This document shows, piece by piece, positions 10,638 to 22,630 of a stretch of 64,000 nucleotides of DNA (the stretch's first letter is position 1; the number at the start of each line of letters is the position of its first letter). Source of the DNA: Candidatus Sulfomarinibacteraceae bacterium (lineage in GTDB: Bacteria > Acidobacteriota > Thermoanaerobaculia > Thermoanaerobaculales > Sulfomarinibacteraceae). The position numbers were made by a program, and so were the translations under genes. The stretch is from NCBI GenBank assembly GCA_963796455.1, contig CAWCLO010000004.1:128001-192000 (forward strand). The letters run 5' to 3'. Below the pieces are notes generated by a model. It saw nothing but the letters and a program-made list of their open reading frames with translations, did no database searches and was not told the DNA's origin.

Positions 10638-11354
10638 TCAGCGTTTGACACCTGTGGTCAGCAGCAGGGTCCGCGGGTCGAGAAGCACGTTCATGGCTTC
10701 ATCCAGGATCTCTTCGCGGTCTTTGGCAACTCGCAGGCGGATCTTTGCATCCTGGGGGTCGAGCCGAAATGCGGTGTCCACCAGATTCTCGAAACGGTCG
10801 GCCGGAGGCGGCAGGTGGCCGTCAGCACCCGGTTTGTCGCGGTGGGTGCGGCACGCCATCCACAACTCGGCGCCGATTTCTCCCGCCATCTTTTTGGCGG
10901 CCTCGATGATGACCGGGTCAAAGCCCTCCATCTCCATCCGGTCGAGGATGATGACGTCGGGCACGAAGTCGGCTGCATCGCGCAACAGGTCGAGGGCGGC
11001 GCTCATGCGTTCCGCAGAGAAGGAACTGCTGACGTAGGTGTGGATATGGCGCCGCTTTTCGAGTTCCAGCTGGATGGCGGCCAGGTGTTCGAGCTTCTTT
11101 TCGCGCCGCAACATCTCCCGCAATAGGTCGTCGTACCAGTCGCGGACTTTTTCCACCGTTCGCTCGAGCGAGATGTGCAATACCTTCTGGCCCGACAGGA
11201 GGGCATCGATGCCGATCCCGACCAGAAATGCGGTTTTGCCGACGCCGGCGCGAGCCATGACCACCGCCAGGTGGCCGGCCCCTGGGCCGGGGTGGCCGTC
11301 ACGCTCGAGCAGCGTGCGGGGGGAACGTCGCAGTTCAAACATCAGATCGGTCAT
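10638..11354 (-). CDS. RecA/KaiC-like P-loop ATPase of unknown function
   Basis: Walker A ARAGVGKT, KVLHISLE and Walker B VIILD. The start overlaps the EF-G stop (TGATG). Confidence 0.8.
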   Translation of the reverse strand: MTDLMFELRRSPRTLLERDGHPGPGAGHLAVVMARAGVGKTAFLVGIGIDALLSGQKVLHISLERTVEKVRDWYDDLLREMLRREKKLEHLAAIQLELEKRRHIHTYVSSSFSAERMSAALDLLRDAADFVPDVIILDRMEMEGFDPVIIEAAKKMAGEIGAELWMACRTHRDKPGADGHLPPPADRFENLVDTAFRLDPQDAKIRLRVAKDREEILDEAMNVLLDPRTLLLTTGVKR

Positions 11355-13441
11355 CACTCATCCTCCTCGGCAGACGGGCTCTTGTACTTTTTGAGAAGCT
11401 CTTCGGTGACGTCGGCCGGCGCCGGCGCGTATCTCGCAAACTCCATCGTGAATTCGGCCTTGCCCTCGGTCGCGGAACGCAGATCGGTGGAGTAACCGAA
11501 CATCGCTGCCAGCGGCACCTCGGCGTCAACTCGGGCAAAACCGGCGTCCTCGGTCGAACCGAGCACATTGCCGCGCCGTTGCATCAGCGATTTGTAGATC
11601 GCTCCCTGGAATTCGGTAGGCCCTTCGACCGAGACTTTCATGACCGGTTCGAGAATTCGGGGTTTGGCTTTTTTGTAGGTCTCGCGGAAGGCGGCCCGAG
11701 CGGCCGTCTGGAAGGCCATGTCAGATGAATCCACGGCGTGCGAGGCGCCGTCTGCGAGCACCGCGCGTACCCCAACGATCGGGAACCCGATCAAGCTGCC
11801 CTTCTCAAGGGACAAACGAAAACCCTTATCGCAGGCCGGGATGAACTCGGTCGGGATGCGGCCGCTCCGGATCTCGTTGACGAACTCGTATTCACCTTTG
11901 TCGAGGGGCTCGATATAGCCGACCACTTTGGCGTATTGACCGGAGCCACCGGTCTGCTTCTTGTGCACGTAGTCGAAATCCGCGCGACGCGAGAGAGCTT
12001 CGCGGTATGCAACCTGCGGCGCACCGGTCTCGACCTCGGCCGAGTATTCGCGCCGCATGCGCTCGACATAAACCTCGAGGTGGAGTTCACCCATTCCCGA
12101 GATGATTGTCTCATTGCTCTCGGGATCGAGGGTCACGCGGAAGGTGGGGTCTTCTTTGGTGAAACGGTTGAGCGCCTTGGACATGTTGTCCTGCGCCTTG
12201 GAGTCCACCGGGTTCACCGACAACGAGATCACAGGGTCCGGCACATACATCGAGGTCATTGCCAGCCTGGGTCCGCTGGAAACGAAGGTGTCGCCGGTGT
12301 GGCAGTCGATTCCAAACAGCCCGACGATGTCGCCGGCGGTGGCAGCCGGGATGTCTTCCATTTTGTCGGCGTGCATTCGAACCAGACGGCCGATCTTGGT
12401 CTTCCTGCCGGTTCGAGTCTCGACCACCGAGTCGCCCTTGGCGAGCGTGCCCTGATAGACCCGCAGGAAGGTGAGCTGGCCGTATCGGCCTTCGTCGAGC
12501 TTGAAGGCATAGGCGACGGTCTGAGCCTCGGGGTCCGACTCGAGCGTCACCGGTGAGGCGTCATCGTCGAGATCGACGGCTTCGATCGCCACATCGGTGG
12601 GGCAGGGGAGGAATTGGGTGACCGCGTCCATCAGCTTTTGCACACCCTTGTTTTTGTAGGCCGAGCCCATCAAAACCGGCGTCAGGTCCAGGGACAACGT
12701 TCCAATCCGGATCGCTTCGTGGATCTGCTCCGTTGTGGCGCGATCCTCGAGCGCTGCCTCGAGGAGGTCGTCGGAGAAAAGGCTGACGGCGTCGAGCATA
12801 TCGGCACGCTTGGCCTCGGCCTCGGCCATCATTTCGGCCGGAATCTCCGTTTCCTCGATGATTTCTCCGTTGTCGCCTCGGAAATAGACGGCCTTCATCT
12901 CGATCAGATCGATGACGCCCTCGAAGTCGGCCTCGAGCCCGATAGGCAACTGCAGCAGAACCGAATTGTGCCCGAGCTTGTCGCGAAGCGCTCTGGAGAC
13001 ACGTTCGGGGTTGGCGCCGGACCGATCGCATTTGTTGACGAAGGCGATCCGGGGAACCTTGTAGCGCTTCATCTGGCGGTCGACAGTGATCGACTGGGAC
13101 TGGACTCCAGCCACCGCGCACAACACCAGCACCGCGCCATCGAGCACTCTCAGCGAACGTTCGACCTCGATGGTGAAATCGACGTGGCCGGGCGTGTCGA
13201 TGATGTTGATGTGGTGATCTTTCCACTCGACATAGGTCGATGCGGAGGTGATGGTGATGCCGCGCTCCCGCTCCAACTCCATGTGATCCATGGTCGCGCC
13301 CACGCCGTCTTTTCCTTTGACGTCGTGGATGGTATGGATCTTCTGGGTGTAGAACAGAATCCGCTCCGTCAACGTGGTCTTGCCCGAATCAATGTGGGCC
13401 GAGATCCCGATGTTGCGGATCTTAGAGATGTCGCCGATCAT
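11354..13441 (-). CDS. fusA: Elongation factor G
   Basis: [29 protein letters not shown] and KQTGGSGQY; 695 aa. Confidence 0.97.
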   Translation of the reverse strand: MIGDISKIRNIGISAHIDSGKTTLTERILFYTQKIHTIHDVKGKDGVGATMDHMELERERGITITSASTYVEWKDHHINIIDTPGHVDFTIEVERSLRVLDGAVLVLCAVAGVQSQSITVDRQMKRYKVPRIAFVNKCDRSGANPERVSRALRDKLGHNSVLLQLPIGLEADFEGVIDLIEMKAVYFRGDNGEIIEETEIPAEMMAEAEAKRADMLDAVSLFSDDLLEAALEDRATTEQIHEAIRIGTLSLDLTPVLMGSAYKNKGVQKLMDAVTQFLPCPTDVAIEAVDLDDDASPVTLESDPEAQTVAYAFKLDEGRYGQLTFLRVYQGTLAKGDSVVETRTGRKTKIGRLVRMHADKMEDIPAATAGDIVGLFGIDCHTGDTFVSSGPRLAMTSMYVPDPVISLSVNPVDSKAQDNMSKALNRFTKEDPTFRVTLDPESNETIISGMGELHLEVYVERMRREYSAEVETGAPQVAYREALSRRADFDYVHKKQTGGSGQYAKVVGYIEPLDKGEYEFVNEIRSGRIPTEFIPACDKGFRLSLEKGSLIGFPIVGVRAVLADGASHAVDSSDMAFQTAARAAFRETYKKAKPRILEPVMKVSVEGPTEFQGAIYKSLMQRRGNVLGSTEDAGFARVDAEVPLAAMFGYSTDLRSATEGKAEFTMEFARYAPAPADVTEELLKKYKSPSAEEDE

Positions 13442-13652
13442 GGTGTCCTCGCTTACAGTCGCGTCGTTTCATTGTTCGGTTCCCCCCGCCGTTGGCCGGG
13501 GCGTGTTGCCACTTTTTATCGATGTGGGGATTCTATCGTGCTCACCGGATCTGGGCACACTCCACCCAACCGTCGAGCCAGCGCTGCATGATAGAACTCA
13601 GCCAATTCTTTGTCAATTCCGCCAATTAAGACATGTTGGTGTCGTGGGCCGC

Positions 13653-13683
13653 AAAAAGGCCGCCGGGAGTTAGCCCGGCGGCC
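13653..13683 (-). terminator. Intrinsic terminator on the minus strand
   Basis: Perfect 10-bp stem ggccgccggg/cccggcggcc with a 6-nt loop, followed by T5 on the minus strand. Confidence 0.7.
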
Positions 13684-13905
13684 GGGTGCCCCGCTGCCCG
13701 GATGGAGGGCGATCCACGGGGAGGGGGCACTGGCGCCCCTGTTCAGCTGTGGTCCTCGTTGTCGGTACCGACCTGGCGTCGTCCGCGTGCCTCCGGAAAA
13801 AACCGGAGCATCGAGGTGGTTATTCGTTTTTCGACATCCGCCATCGCGGATGATCTGTTGATTCACCCCTTCGGAACCGGATGGCCCTGTTGTTGGTGAA
13901 TCTCC
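13653..13905 (-). ncRNA. Candidate structured small RNA or leader (or 33-aa sORF 13844-13743)
   Basis: Several stems lie in a row ahead of the terminator, and no convincing protein-coding gene is present. Confidence 0.35.
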
Positions 13906-14624
13906 TCGACACAATGTGAGGTGCATTGAAACGCCGCGCAATCGCTCAAATGAATGGTTTTTCTAATGCAATTGAGGGAGGGGACTAGTCCAAATAGGTG
14001 AGGCGTGGAGTTTCGGCGGTTGAGGGTTTTGTCTGCCAGGTGGTCAAGGGTCGCGATGATGATCGATCGGCCGGAGGCGGCCAAGTGTTGATCGATCTCG
14101 GAAATCCGGGTCTAAATACCGAAAAATCATCAAGTTGGATGAGAAAAACCATCCGTTTGACGGATTGCAGCGAAGGATCTGAAGGCGATAGATTGTTAGT
14201 GAGTCGAATTATGAACCACCTAGTACCTTTCACGGCACTCAGTCGAATCCCCGGTTCGCCGGGGATGGCGACTGATTCGTTCAGAAAGAGAACATACTGT
14301 GGTTTGTCGGCAACGGTTCAATCGGCAGCTGGTCACTGGGGTCGATCGGATGTGACTATTCTCGCTGAATGCCGGTCATATCCGTGGTACGATTGGCGGT
14401 CCTCAGGAGGCCCGAGTCAGAGCATGTTGAACGAATACGGATTTGCCATCGGCCGAGCGGCCATTGGACGCCGGATTCGGGGTCAGAGGTGAGACGGTGA
14501 CGAACACGATAGTAACCAGAAGCAGGGCCCGGCGGAGTTGTTCTTCACACCAACCCCGCAGCGCGGTGGAATCCTGCCAAACAGTGCCATCTGCAGGTAC
14601 AAATGGACCGCAAAGGAGCAGCCA

Positions 14625-15347
14625 ATGAGGAATATTTCGCTGCAATCAGAGTTTCGGACAGCGACGATCATGTGCTGTGTGTTCGTATTGTGCATTTGCG
14701 CGGCGGGCAGTTCCGCTTTCGCTGACACACCGGACGGCTATGTAACGGCCGAAGATCTGCCTCCGATCTACACCGGCCTTTACCGCATCCAGGTGGGTGA
14801 TGTGCTCGATGTCAACTTTTTCAAGACGACCCAGCTCAACCAGACGCTTACGGTCGGACCGGATGGGGATCTGTACCTGCCGCTGGTCGGGCGGATCCGA
14901 GTTGCAGGGCGCACGGTGGACGAGATCACCGACGAGTTGACCGAGGGTTTCAGCGCCGAGATGGTGGACCCGCAGATCACGGTGAGCGTGGCAGAGTTTT
15001 CCGGTCTCTTCGTGCACGTGGCGGGCGAGGTCAAGAGACCCGGATTGCAGCCCTATTCGGGCCAACTCACGGCGGTGCAGGCCATCATGGATGCCGGCGG
15101 CTTTGAAGACCGCGGACGCAAGAAGTCCGTGCTTTTGATCCGCCGGGACAAGGACGGCAAGGGAGTCGGCACCATCATCGATGTTGCGGCGGTCCTGAAA
15201 GACGGCCAGTTCCAGGGTGATGTGGCCCTCGCGCCCTCCGATATCATCTACGTGCCGCTGAAGACGATCTCGAAGGTCAGTCTCACGATCCAGGAGTACT
15301 TCACAAACAACCTGCCCTTCACGCTGTATCTCGGATACAGCCCTTGA
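14625..15347 (+). CDS. wza: Polysaccharide export protein (Wza/Poly_export + SLBB)
   Basis: YRIQVGDVL, VGPDG..LPLVG, VAGEV..PG and AGGF. Signal-like N-terminus and AAGGAG RBS. Confidence 0.88.
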   Translation: MRNISLQSEFRTATIMCCVFVLCICAAGSSAFADTPDGYVTAEDLPPIYTGLYRIQVGDVLDVNFFKTTQLNQTLTVGPDGDLYLPLVGRIRVAGRTVDEITDELTEGFSAEMVDPQITVSVAEFSGLFVHVAGEVKRPGLQPYSGQLTAVQAIMDAGGFEDRGRKKSVLLIRRDKDGKGVGTIIDVAAVLKDGQFQGDVALAPSDIIYVPLKTISKVSLTIQEYFTNNLPFTLYLGYSP

Positions 15348-15356
15348 GGAAAGAAG

Positions 15357-16910
15357 ATGGTTGAGAGCCAGGGCTACGGGAGCGATGGATTCGGAGGGCA
15401 GATCTCACTGCGCGACCTCCTGACCATCGTTTTCAAACGTCGCAATCTGATTCTGTCTTTTGCTCTGATCGTTTTCGTGGTGGTCACCCTGGTCACGATG
15501 TTGGCCAAGCCGACCTATCGGATCAACGCGACCCTGCTGGTCAACAAGGCGCGGGCGGAGGTGCCTATCGCCGCCTCCGAATCAACACAGTTGATCATCA
15601 GTCAGGTCTCGGAGCAGGACCTCAATTCGGAAATCGAGATCCTGCGAAGCCGGAGTTTGTTGGAAGAAGCGCTGCAGAGGCTGGATACGAGTAGAGAAAT
15701 CAAGATCGAGACGGATTGGCTGAGCCGGGCGAAGCAACCGGTGAAAAAGCTCTTGGGTCGGCCCGAGCTTTCCAATTTCGACAATCTGGTCCTGCATCTT
15801 CAGGGGCACCTTTCCATCAGCCCGGTACGAAAGACCAACGTTATTTCCATCGACTATGAGTCGGATGATCCGGTCTGGGCGCACGCGATCGTTGAATCTC
15901 TCACCGAGTGCTATCTCGCAGAAACGTGCCGAGATGTATCGGTCACCGCAGACCGTCAATTTCTTTGCGGAGCAGATGACCTCAGCGGAAAAACGCCTCG
16001 ACGAACATGAAGCAAAGCTCGAACAATTCGTCGATGATGCCTCGATCACAATGGTCAAGGGGCCTCAAGGCTCCGATTCGCTGGGTTCACAGAAGGCCCT
16101 GGTCATGCAGCGCCTGTCGCAACCTCGAAAGCGACCTCGGAGATGCTGAGGCCCAGTTCCAGTCCCAACAGCAGGAAGTGGCGAGCCTCACCTCTCGCCT
16201 GACGCAAGAACCGGAGCGCCTGGAGAGTTCGAACCGGATGAATCAGGACGCCGCGACTGAAGAGATCGAGCGGGCCCTTGCAACCCTGAGACTCGAACGC
16301 GATCGCCTCTTGCAGGATTTCAAACCCGACAGCCGCTTTGTCCGTGACGTCGAAACACAAATCCAGTTGGCCGAGAGCCGGCTCGAAGAGGTTCGTCAAG
16401 AGGTTGGCGTCGAAGGAACCGAATCCAACCCGATCTACATGCAACTCAAAAGCGATCTCATGCGGGCCGAAGCGAACCTCGAGGGAACGCGGGCGCGGAT
16501 CACCTCGCTGCGATCGCAGGTTTTTTCTTATCGTCGCACCCTGGAAAACCTCAACGATCATGGATTCGAGGTCGAAAACCTGCGCCGGGAGGTTCAGGCC
16601 GCCGAGGAAGACTATCTGTTGTTCGAAAGAAACACGAGGAGGCGAGGATCTCCGCCGCGATGGATCAGGAGAGGTTCATCAACGTGACGGTGGCCCAACC
16701 GGCGCAGATGCCGCTGCGTCCGGTGTCCCGGGGCTTGTTGACGAAGATGGTACTGGCCTCATCGTCGGCGTGGTCGGCGGGCTCGGTATCGCCTTTGCGC
16801 TCGAGCAGTATATCGACCGTTCATTCACAACCGCGAAGATATCGAGCGGCGACTCGGGTGTTCCACACCTGGCGTCGATTCCCGACGACGTTCGGAATGG
16901 GTGGCGGCAG
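15357..16910 (+). CDS. Wzc/GumC-type chain-length determinant (frameshifted, end approximate)
   Basis: ISLRDLLTIVFKR, TM, NSEIEILRSR, coiled coil and a C-terminal TM (GLGIAFALEQYIDRSF), spread over about 5 frames. Confidence 0.8.
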
Positions 16911-17913
16911 ATGTACGAGAGTTTTTCGGTTTGAAGCGCAACCCATTCGGCATGACGCCGGATCCGGATTGTTATTTCCAGAGCGAGACCCACAAAGAGG
17001 CTTTTGCCGGTCTGACGTACGGCATCGCCCAGCGGCGCGGTTTCATGACCCTGGTTGGCGAAGTCGGGACCGGCAAGACCACCCTGCTCAATGCGATCCT
17101 CAGTTCGCTCGATGACTCGACGGTGACATCCTGGTCCGCCACACGACGGTTGATCGCGAAGAACTGCTGAGGATCATCCTTCACAACCTCTACACCTGCC
17201 AGGGGCCCCGCGAGACGGACAACCGCCGCAAACGAGACATGGGCAGCATTACCGACTCCCGGATTGCCGGGCTGTCGCGGGTCGAGTTGATCAACGAGTT
17301 CTATGCCTTCGTCACCGGCGAGTTCCTGGCCGATCAACCGCCGCCGCTGCTGATCATCGATGAGGCCCAGAATCTGTCCGTCGATGTGCTCGAAGAGGTG
17401 CGGCTGCTGACCAACCTCGAAGATCCCAAGAGCAAGATGCTGCAGGTGATCTTGGCCGGCCAACCTGAACTCGAGGAAAAGCTCATGCGGTCCGATCTCC
17501 GCCAACTGCGCCAGCGGATTGCGGTGAGCGCCCGGCTCGAAGCCCTGTCCCTCGCCGACACCGCGACTACATCGCGTTTCGCCTCGAGCGAGCTGGCTGC
17601 ACGAGCCCGAGGGTCTTTTCACGCGGGCCGCGGTGGAGGCCATCTGGACGGCTTCGAAAGGATCGCCCCGCACCATCAACGTCCTGTGCGATCACGCGCT
17701 GGTCAACGCGTTTGCGATGGGGCGTCGTGAGGTCGAGGGAATGGCGGCGCGTGAGGCGATCCAGGATGTTTTGTTCCTGCAGCTGAGAGGAGTCATCGGT
17801 CCGCAAACCAGGGCCCTACCTCGTGACCCACCTCGAGGAACGAGACGACGGTCACTCACGACGAAGATCCGGAGACCGTCGGTGGCGGCGAGAGGAGGGA
17901 TCGCGTTGGGTAA
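16911..17913 (+). CDS. ExeA-like AAA ATPase (PEP-CTERM/XrtA-locus type; frameshifted, end approximate)
   Basis: MY..FFGLKRNPFGMTPDP, GEVGTGKTT, IIDEAQNL, LAGQPEL, LRQLRQRI and G.PR.IN.LCD. Confidence 0.85.
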
Positions 17914-18915
17914 GTTCTTTGATGCCATGCAGCGCGCCGCAGGGGTGCGACCCGAAGAAACACCCGCAGACGGCTGCAGAAACCGAATGCCGCTGCCGGA
18001 GCTCGAGATCCGCTGTTGGATCCGGAGTGGTCCGAGCCGGCGAACCCTTCCCTCGAAGCCGTCGAAACGAAGCATCTCCAGCCGACCCGGCATCTGTCTG
18101 CAGAAGAGATCATGCGTCGAAGCTCACGAAGCCAAACATCCGAATCGTGCCGCCGGTGCAAACTCAGGAGGCTGCCCACGAGATCCCGCGCGCCGAGAAG
18201 ACCGATGGCCCCGTCCAAGGTCGGAGATCGAAAAGCGCCAGAGCTCGGTCTGACGAACCGGTCATATTGCGCCGCTCGAGTGGAACCGGCGTCTATCGTC
18301 GCCCGTCCACCCCGCCTACGAGAGGATCGTTCAGCGCCTCAAGACGTATCGAAGATCCCCGCGTCAGGGCGTCATCTCTTCGCGAGTGCGGTTGCCGGCG
18401 AGGGACGAGCACGGTGGCGCGAAACATTGCCGACGGCCCTCAGCCAGGCCGGCACCGAGCGGATTCTGCTGATTGACGGCAATCTCAGAACCCACCAGCA
18501 CAGAGCATTCGGAGTCGAACGCGATGGCGGTTTCAGTGACGTGCTCAGGATGGGCGCCTCCTCACCTCCGTCATCACCGACGACGTGGGCTCGGGGACTT
18601 CATTCATGACTGCGGGTCGCGGGTCAAGAGCCCGTCGCAGGTCTTGACTGCCTCGGCCATCGAGGGTGCGATGTGTCGCTTGCTGTCGCTGTACGACTGG
18701 ATCATCATCGACGGTCCGCCCGCCACGTCGTACCCGGATGTGCGAGCATCGGACCGCCTGCGGCGGGGCCATCCTGGTCGTTCAGGCGGAAAGCACGAGG
18801 TCCGAGGTGGCGGAAGAAGCCAAGGAAATCTCGAGGGCACGGGCGACGAGTGCTCGGCGCGGTGCTGAATCGCCGACGATATCACATTCCCCAATCCATT
18901 TACAAGAGGCTGTAG
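17906..18915 (+). CDS. CpsD/CapB-like BY-kinase domain protein (frameshifted)
   Basis: LGKFFDAMQRA start with RBS, FASAVAGEG, ILLIDGNLR, YDWIIIDGPP, GAILVVQAE and VLGAVLNRRRYHIP. Confidence 0.75.
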
Positions 18916-18974
18916 GAGGGAGATCGGGAGCGCGATTGTACATTTTGAGGGCGGTGAAAGAACAGACTCGGTCG

Positions 18975-20420
18975 ATGCACGAGCTGAGACGACGAATTCT
19001 GTTGAATCTCATCCGCGTCACGGATCTGGTCGTGATGGCGGCTGCCTTTGGCGTGGCCTTTTTGATTGCCGGTCAATCTCTGCGGTGCGGGCAGTCTGAG
19101 CGAGTTCTTTGCGGTCAGAATCAAGCTCCTGAATATCGCTGTTCTTCGTTGGCTGGCTGGTTGTGTGGCACATCATCCTGAAGTCGTTCGGCCTGTACCG
19201 GACGCGACGGCCGGTGTCATGGCGGCAGAGTGGTGGGCGGTCACGAAGGCCGTGGCGGTCGGGACGCTGCTGCTCTCGTTTGTCGGGATGATCTTCCGAT
19301 TTTCGGTGGTCACGCCCGCTGTTCCTGATCAGCTTTCTTCTTTCTGTGCTCTCTTGGGACGATCATCGCCAGGTTCTGTCCTCCGGTCGTTTTTCACCGA
19401 GACAAGAAGGAACGGAGGGACCCTCGCGAAGGCTCGTGATCGTCGGCTGCGGGCCCCGCGGGGCCGAGTTCGGCAAAAGAGTCCGCAACCGGCCCGATTT
19501 CGGCTATCTGCTTGCTTGGCTACATCGACGATATGCCGCCGCCGGAGAACCCCCTCCACGGCGGCCCCGAAAAGATCCTCGGCCCCCTCGATCGCATGCG
19601 GGAGATCCTGGAGACGCACGAGGTGGACGAGGTCGTCATCACCCTGCCGATCGCCTCTCACTACCAGACGATCTCGAACGTCATCTCGGCGTGTGAAGAG
19701 CTGGCGGTCGACGTCCTCATGCCCACCGATTTCTTCCAGTCGCGGCTGGTCAACGTGGCGGTTGACGACTCGAGAGCGTGGCCCGCGATGGAGCTTCGCA
19801 GCCGCATGCCGTCGGCCGGCGGTGTCATTTTGAAACGCGCACTCGACTTCTTCGTGTCACTCATCGCGTTGATCGTGTTGAGCCCGCTGCTGGTGCTCAT
19901 CGCCATCGCAATCAAGCTCGACTCGCGCGGTCCCGTGTTCTTCCGCCAGGATCGCGTCGGGCTCAAGCGCAAGATATTCAAGATGCACAAGTTCCGCACC
20001 ATGCACCCGGATGCCGAGGAGCGCATCAAAGAACTCGAGGCCCTCAACGAGGTCGACGGCGCCGCCTTCAAGATGACCAACGACCCCAGGGTCACCCGGG
20101 TCGGCAGGACGCTCAGAAAACTGAGCCTCGACGAGCTGCCGCAGTTCATCGACGTCCTCAACGGCAACATGAGCCTCGTCGGGCCCCGCCCGCTGCCCAT
20201 CCGCGACGTCGAACGATTCGACCAGAACTGGCAAAAGCGCCGCTTCAGCGTCAAACCGGGCCTCACCTGCCTGTGGCAGGTCAACGGCCGCCACGAGGTC
20301 GATTTCGAAAACTGGATGGAGCTCGATCTCGAGTACATCGACAACTGGTCACTGTCGCTGGATTTCGACATCCTCCTGAAGACCGTGCCCGCGGTGTTCA
20401 AGGGAACTGGGGCGAGTTGA
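18975..20420 (+). CDS. Priming undecaprenyl-phosphate sugar transferase (WcaJ/WbaP-like; N-terminal half frameshifted)
   Basis: KRALD, FKMHKFRTM, DPRVTRVG, LDELPQF, MSLVGPRP and KPGLT.LWQV.GR. Confidence 0.92.
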
Positions 20421-21302
20421 TTGTGGAATAGTCTAACGCCCGAGTAGTCAATCTTTACAGTGAAATCTCCATGGCCATCAGAATTTGGTCTGACAGTATT
20501 GCAAGGTGGGATGTTCGTCTAAACCGATGCCAGCCAATACCAACGGTTAAACCGAATTGTGACGACGCCTAGGTTTTTTCGCCGATCGCGAGTTGTGAGT
20601 CGTGTCTCCTCCACCGTTATATCGGAACGATTCTGCCACCGAATAAACACCTTGGTGGTCTTGATGACACTTGGCCCGAGTAGGCGGACGCGGGAGATTC
20701 TTCGAGTGAGATTGGCAATGAAGAGGTAGTGTTCACGCTACCTGTTCGCAAGCACCGCCGCGGCGAGTCAATAGCACCGATCTAAGCTCTGGTCCCGGTC
20801 GATTCGTTCATTTTGCGATTGGAAACGGACGCGGTCGCCACAAATCTCGAATCCGATCGACGGCGAGGCCTAGCGAGCCTTTCCTCGGCTGCCGGGCGTT
20901 CTGGGAGTGACAATCTATTCATCCCAGGCGTATTGGGAACGTTACAGGCCCACATTTTTTGGCGGGCCGAAGCTGTTTGTTTACACAATGCCTCTTCAGA
21001 TAGAGTCATCTTTTGCCAGGGGCCATATGACTAAAGTGCAGGGTGACGATGGTCACGACAGCTTCAATCGACTGGATTAAGGATGGTGTTTTCAAGGTAG
21101 CCTTCGGTCGCCAGCCAGACGACCGTTTCCTTCGGGGAGGCATCATTGGAAAACATCGGGATGGGGAAAGGGAATTCGGGCGTAAACGCCTCGCGTTCGT
21201 GCTCGCGGTTTTTCAGGCAACAGATGGTCTGGTTGACCGTTGGACATTCGCCGAGTGCGTGAGCAATGAGGCTAGTGTGATCGCCGTCGCTCATTTGAAT
21301 GC

Positions 21303-22383
21303 TTGGGTCGTGAGGGGGCCAGCGGTAGAGTCGAATTGTCATTTGGGATCGGGTCCGACGATGACCACACACGATTGAGCGTTTGGTTCGATGGTTTGGA
21401 ACCGCGCCGACCGCACTTTCTAAGTATCCGAGGACAATTCGTCTTGTCAATCGACACCGACCGTGGCGGCCAGGTTTCGTTGGTGTTCTCAGAATCAGAA
21501 TTGGGCAGGTTTCCATTGTCGGAATTGGTTGGCTCTGGCAACAGCTCTCCCTTGTCTTTCGAAATTTCTGATTCGAGCGGATCGACTGTCTTGGGTGGGG
21601 TACTTCATTTCGTGAAATCGACTGATTCCTTGGTTTTCGCGCGCGGTTTTGAGGGCGGGAACGATGGTTGGGACATCGCAGGTCCGCACGGACCGGTCGG
21701 GGAATGGTCTCTGGTATTCAATGAAGAGTTTGAGGGACAGGAACTGGACACAGCTTTTTGGACACCCGAGATGACGTGGGTACCTGTAGTGACAAATGAA
21801 GAGTTGCACTACTACGACCCAGACGTCGGCGACAACGTGAAGATAGGGGACGGGTTTCTTGAACTCATAGCCGAACCGAGAGCTCAAAATGATCAACCCT
21901 ATTCGTCTGGACACATATCAAGCCACAAAAGCTCACCTACCTTTTTGGTGCCATTGAGGTTCGGGCCCGAATCCCGGCGGGATTAGGGCTGTGTACCTTT
22001 TGGCAACTTATCTGGATTTTGAGGATCCCAGGCGAAATTGACGTTGTGAATGGAACGGTGCAGAGCAAGACTCCCCGTATCAGGCTTTTCACCACGAGAA
22101 TCAAGGAGAGTATCGCATTTTTGGGGATCAATATACCGGGCAAAACATTACCAGTGAGTTCCATCCTTTCGCTCTCGATTGGACGCCCGATTGGATACGG
22201 TGGTACGTTGACGGCGAACTAGGTGCTGAATTTCTGGATACAAATTCGATCGATTCCGAGCCGATTTACGTCATCCTCAATCTTGCTGTAGGGTACCTTT
22301 TTGTAGGCCCGCCTGATGAAAACGTCGAATTTCCTGCGGTTTTTTCGATTAACTATGTTCGAATCTGGCGACGCAGAGGGTGA
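21303..22383 (+). CDS. GH16 family glycoside hydrolase with N-terminal extension (frameshifted; start uncertain)
   Basis: WSLVFNEEFEG, NEELHYY, YSSGHISS, PGEIDVV (EIDxxE motif broken by an indel), ILNLAVG and NYVRIW. Confidence 0.7.
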
Positions 22384-22630
22384 CCTGTAGTTTTATGGGA
22401 CGCTAGTTTAATTTTTCGCTGCATTCAAATTTCCAGACTTTTGATACTGGTCTTCTCGGGCAACTCGAATGTCGGTGTCGATTTCAATTTTTGTTGCCGG
22501 GGCCCTTCGCCACAAACCAATCGAATCAGGGATGGCCTACCCCAAGAGTCGTTGCAGAGAGCGTTATCCTTCCGGTCAACTGTGGGATTATCCAGTTTAG
22601 GTTCAGCTTTCCTTCGGATGTGACTGTCGG

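Noticed and set aside
13950..14620. ops/JUMPStart or sigma-54 promoter upstream of wza, and short ORFs there
   Set aside because: No convincing GGCGGTAG or TGGCAC-N5-TTGC match; the ORFs lack RBS and recognisable motifs.
20420..21300. Possible IS or integrase at the composition boundary
   Set aside because: No transposase motifs, terminal inverted repeats or target duplications recognised.
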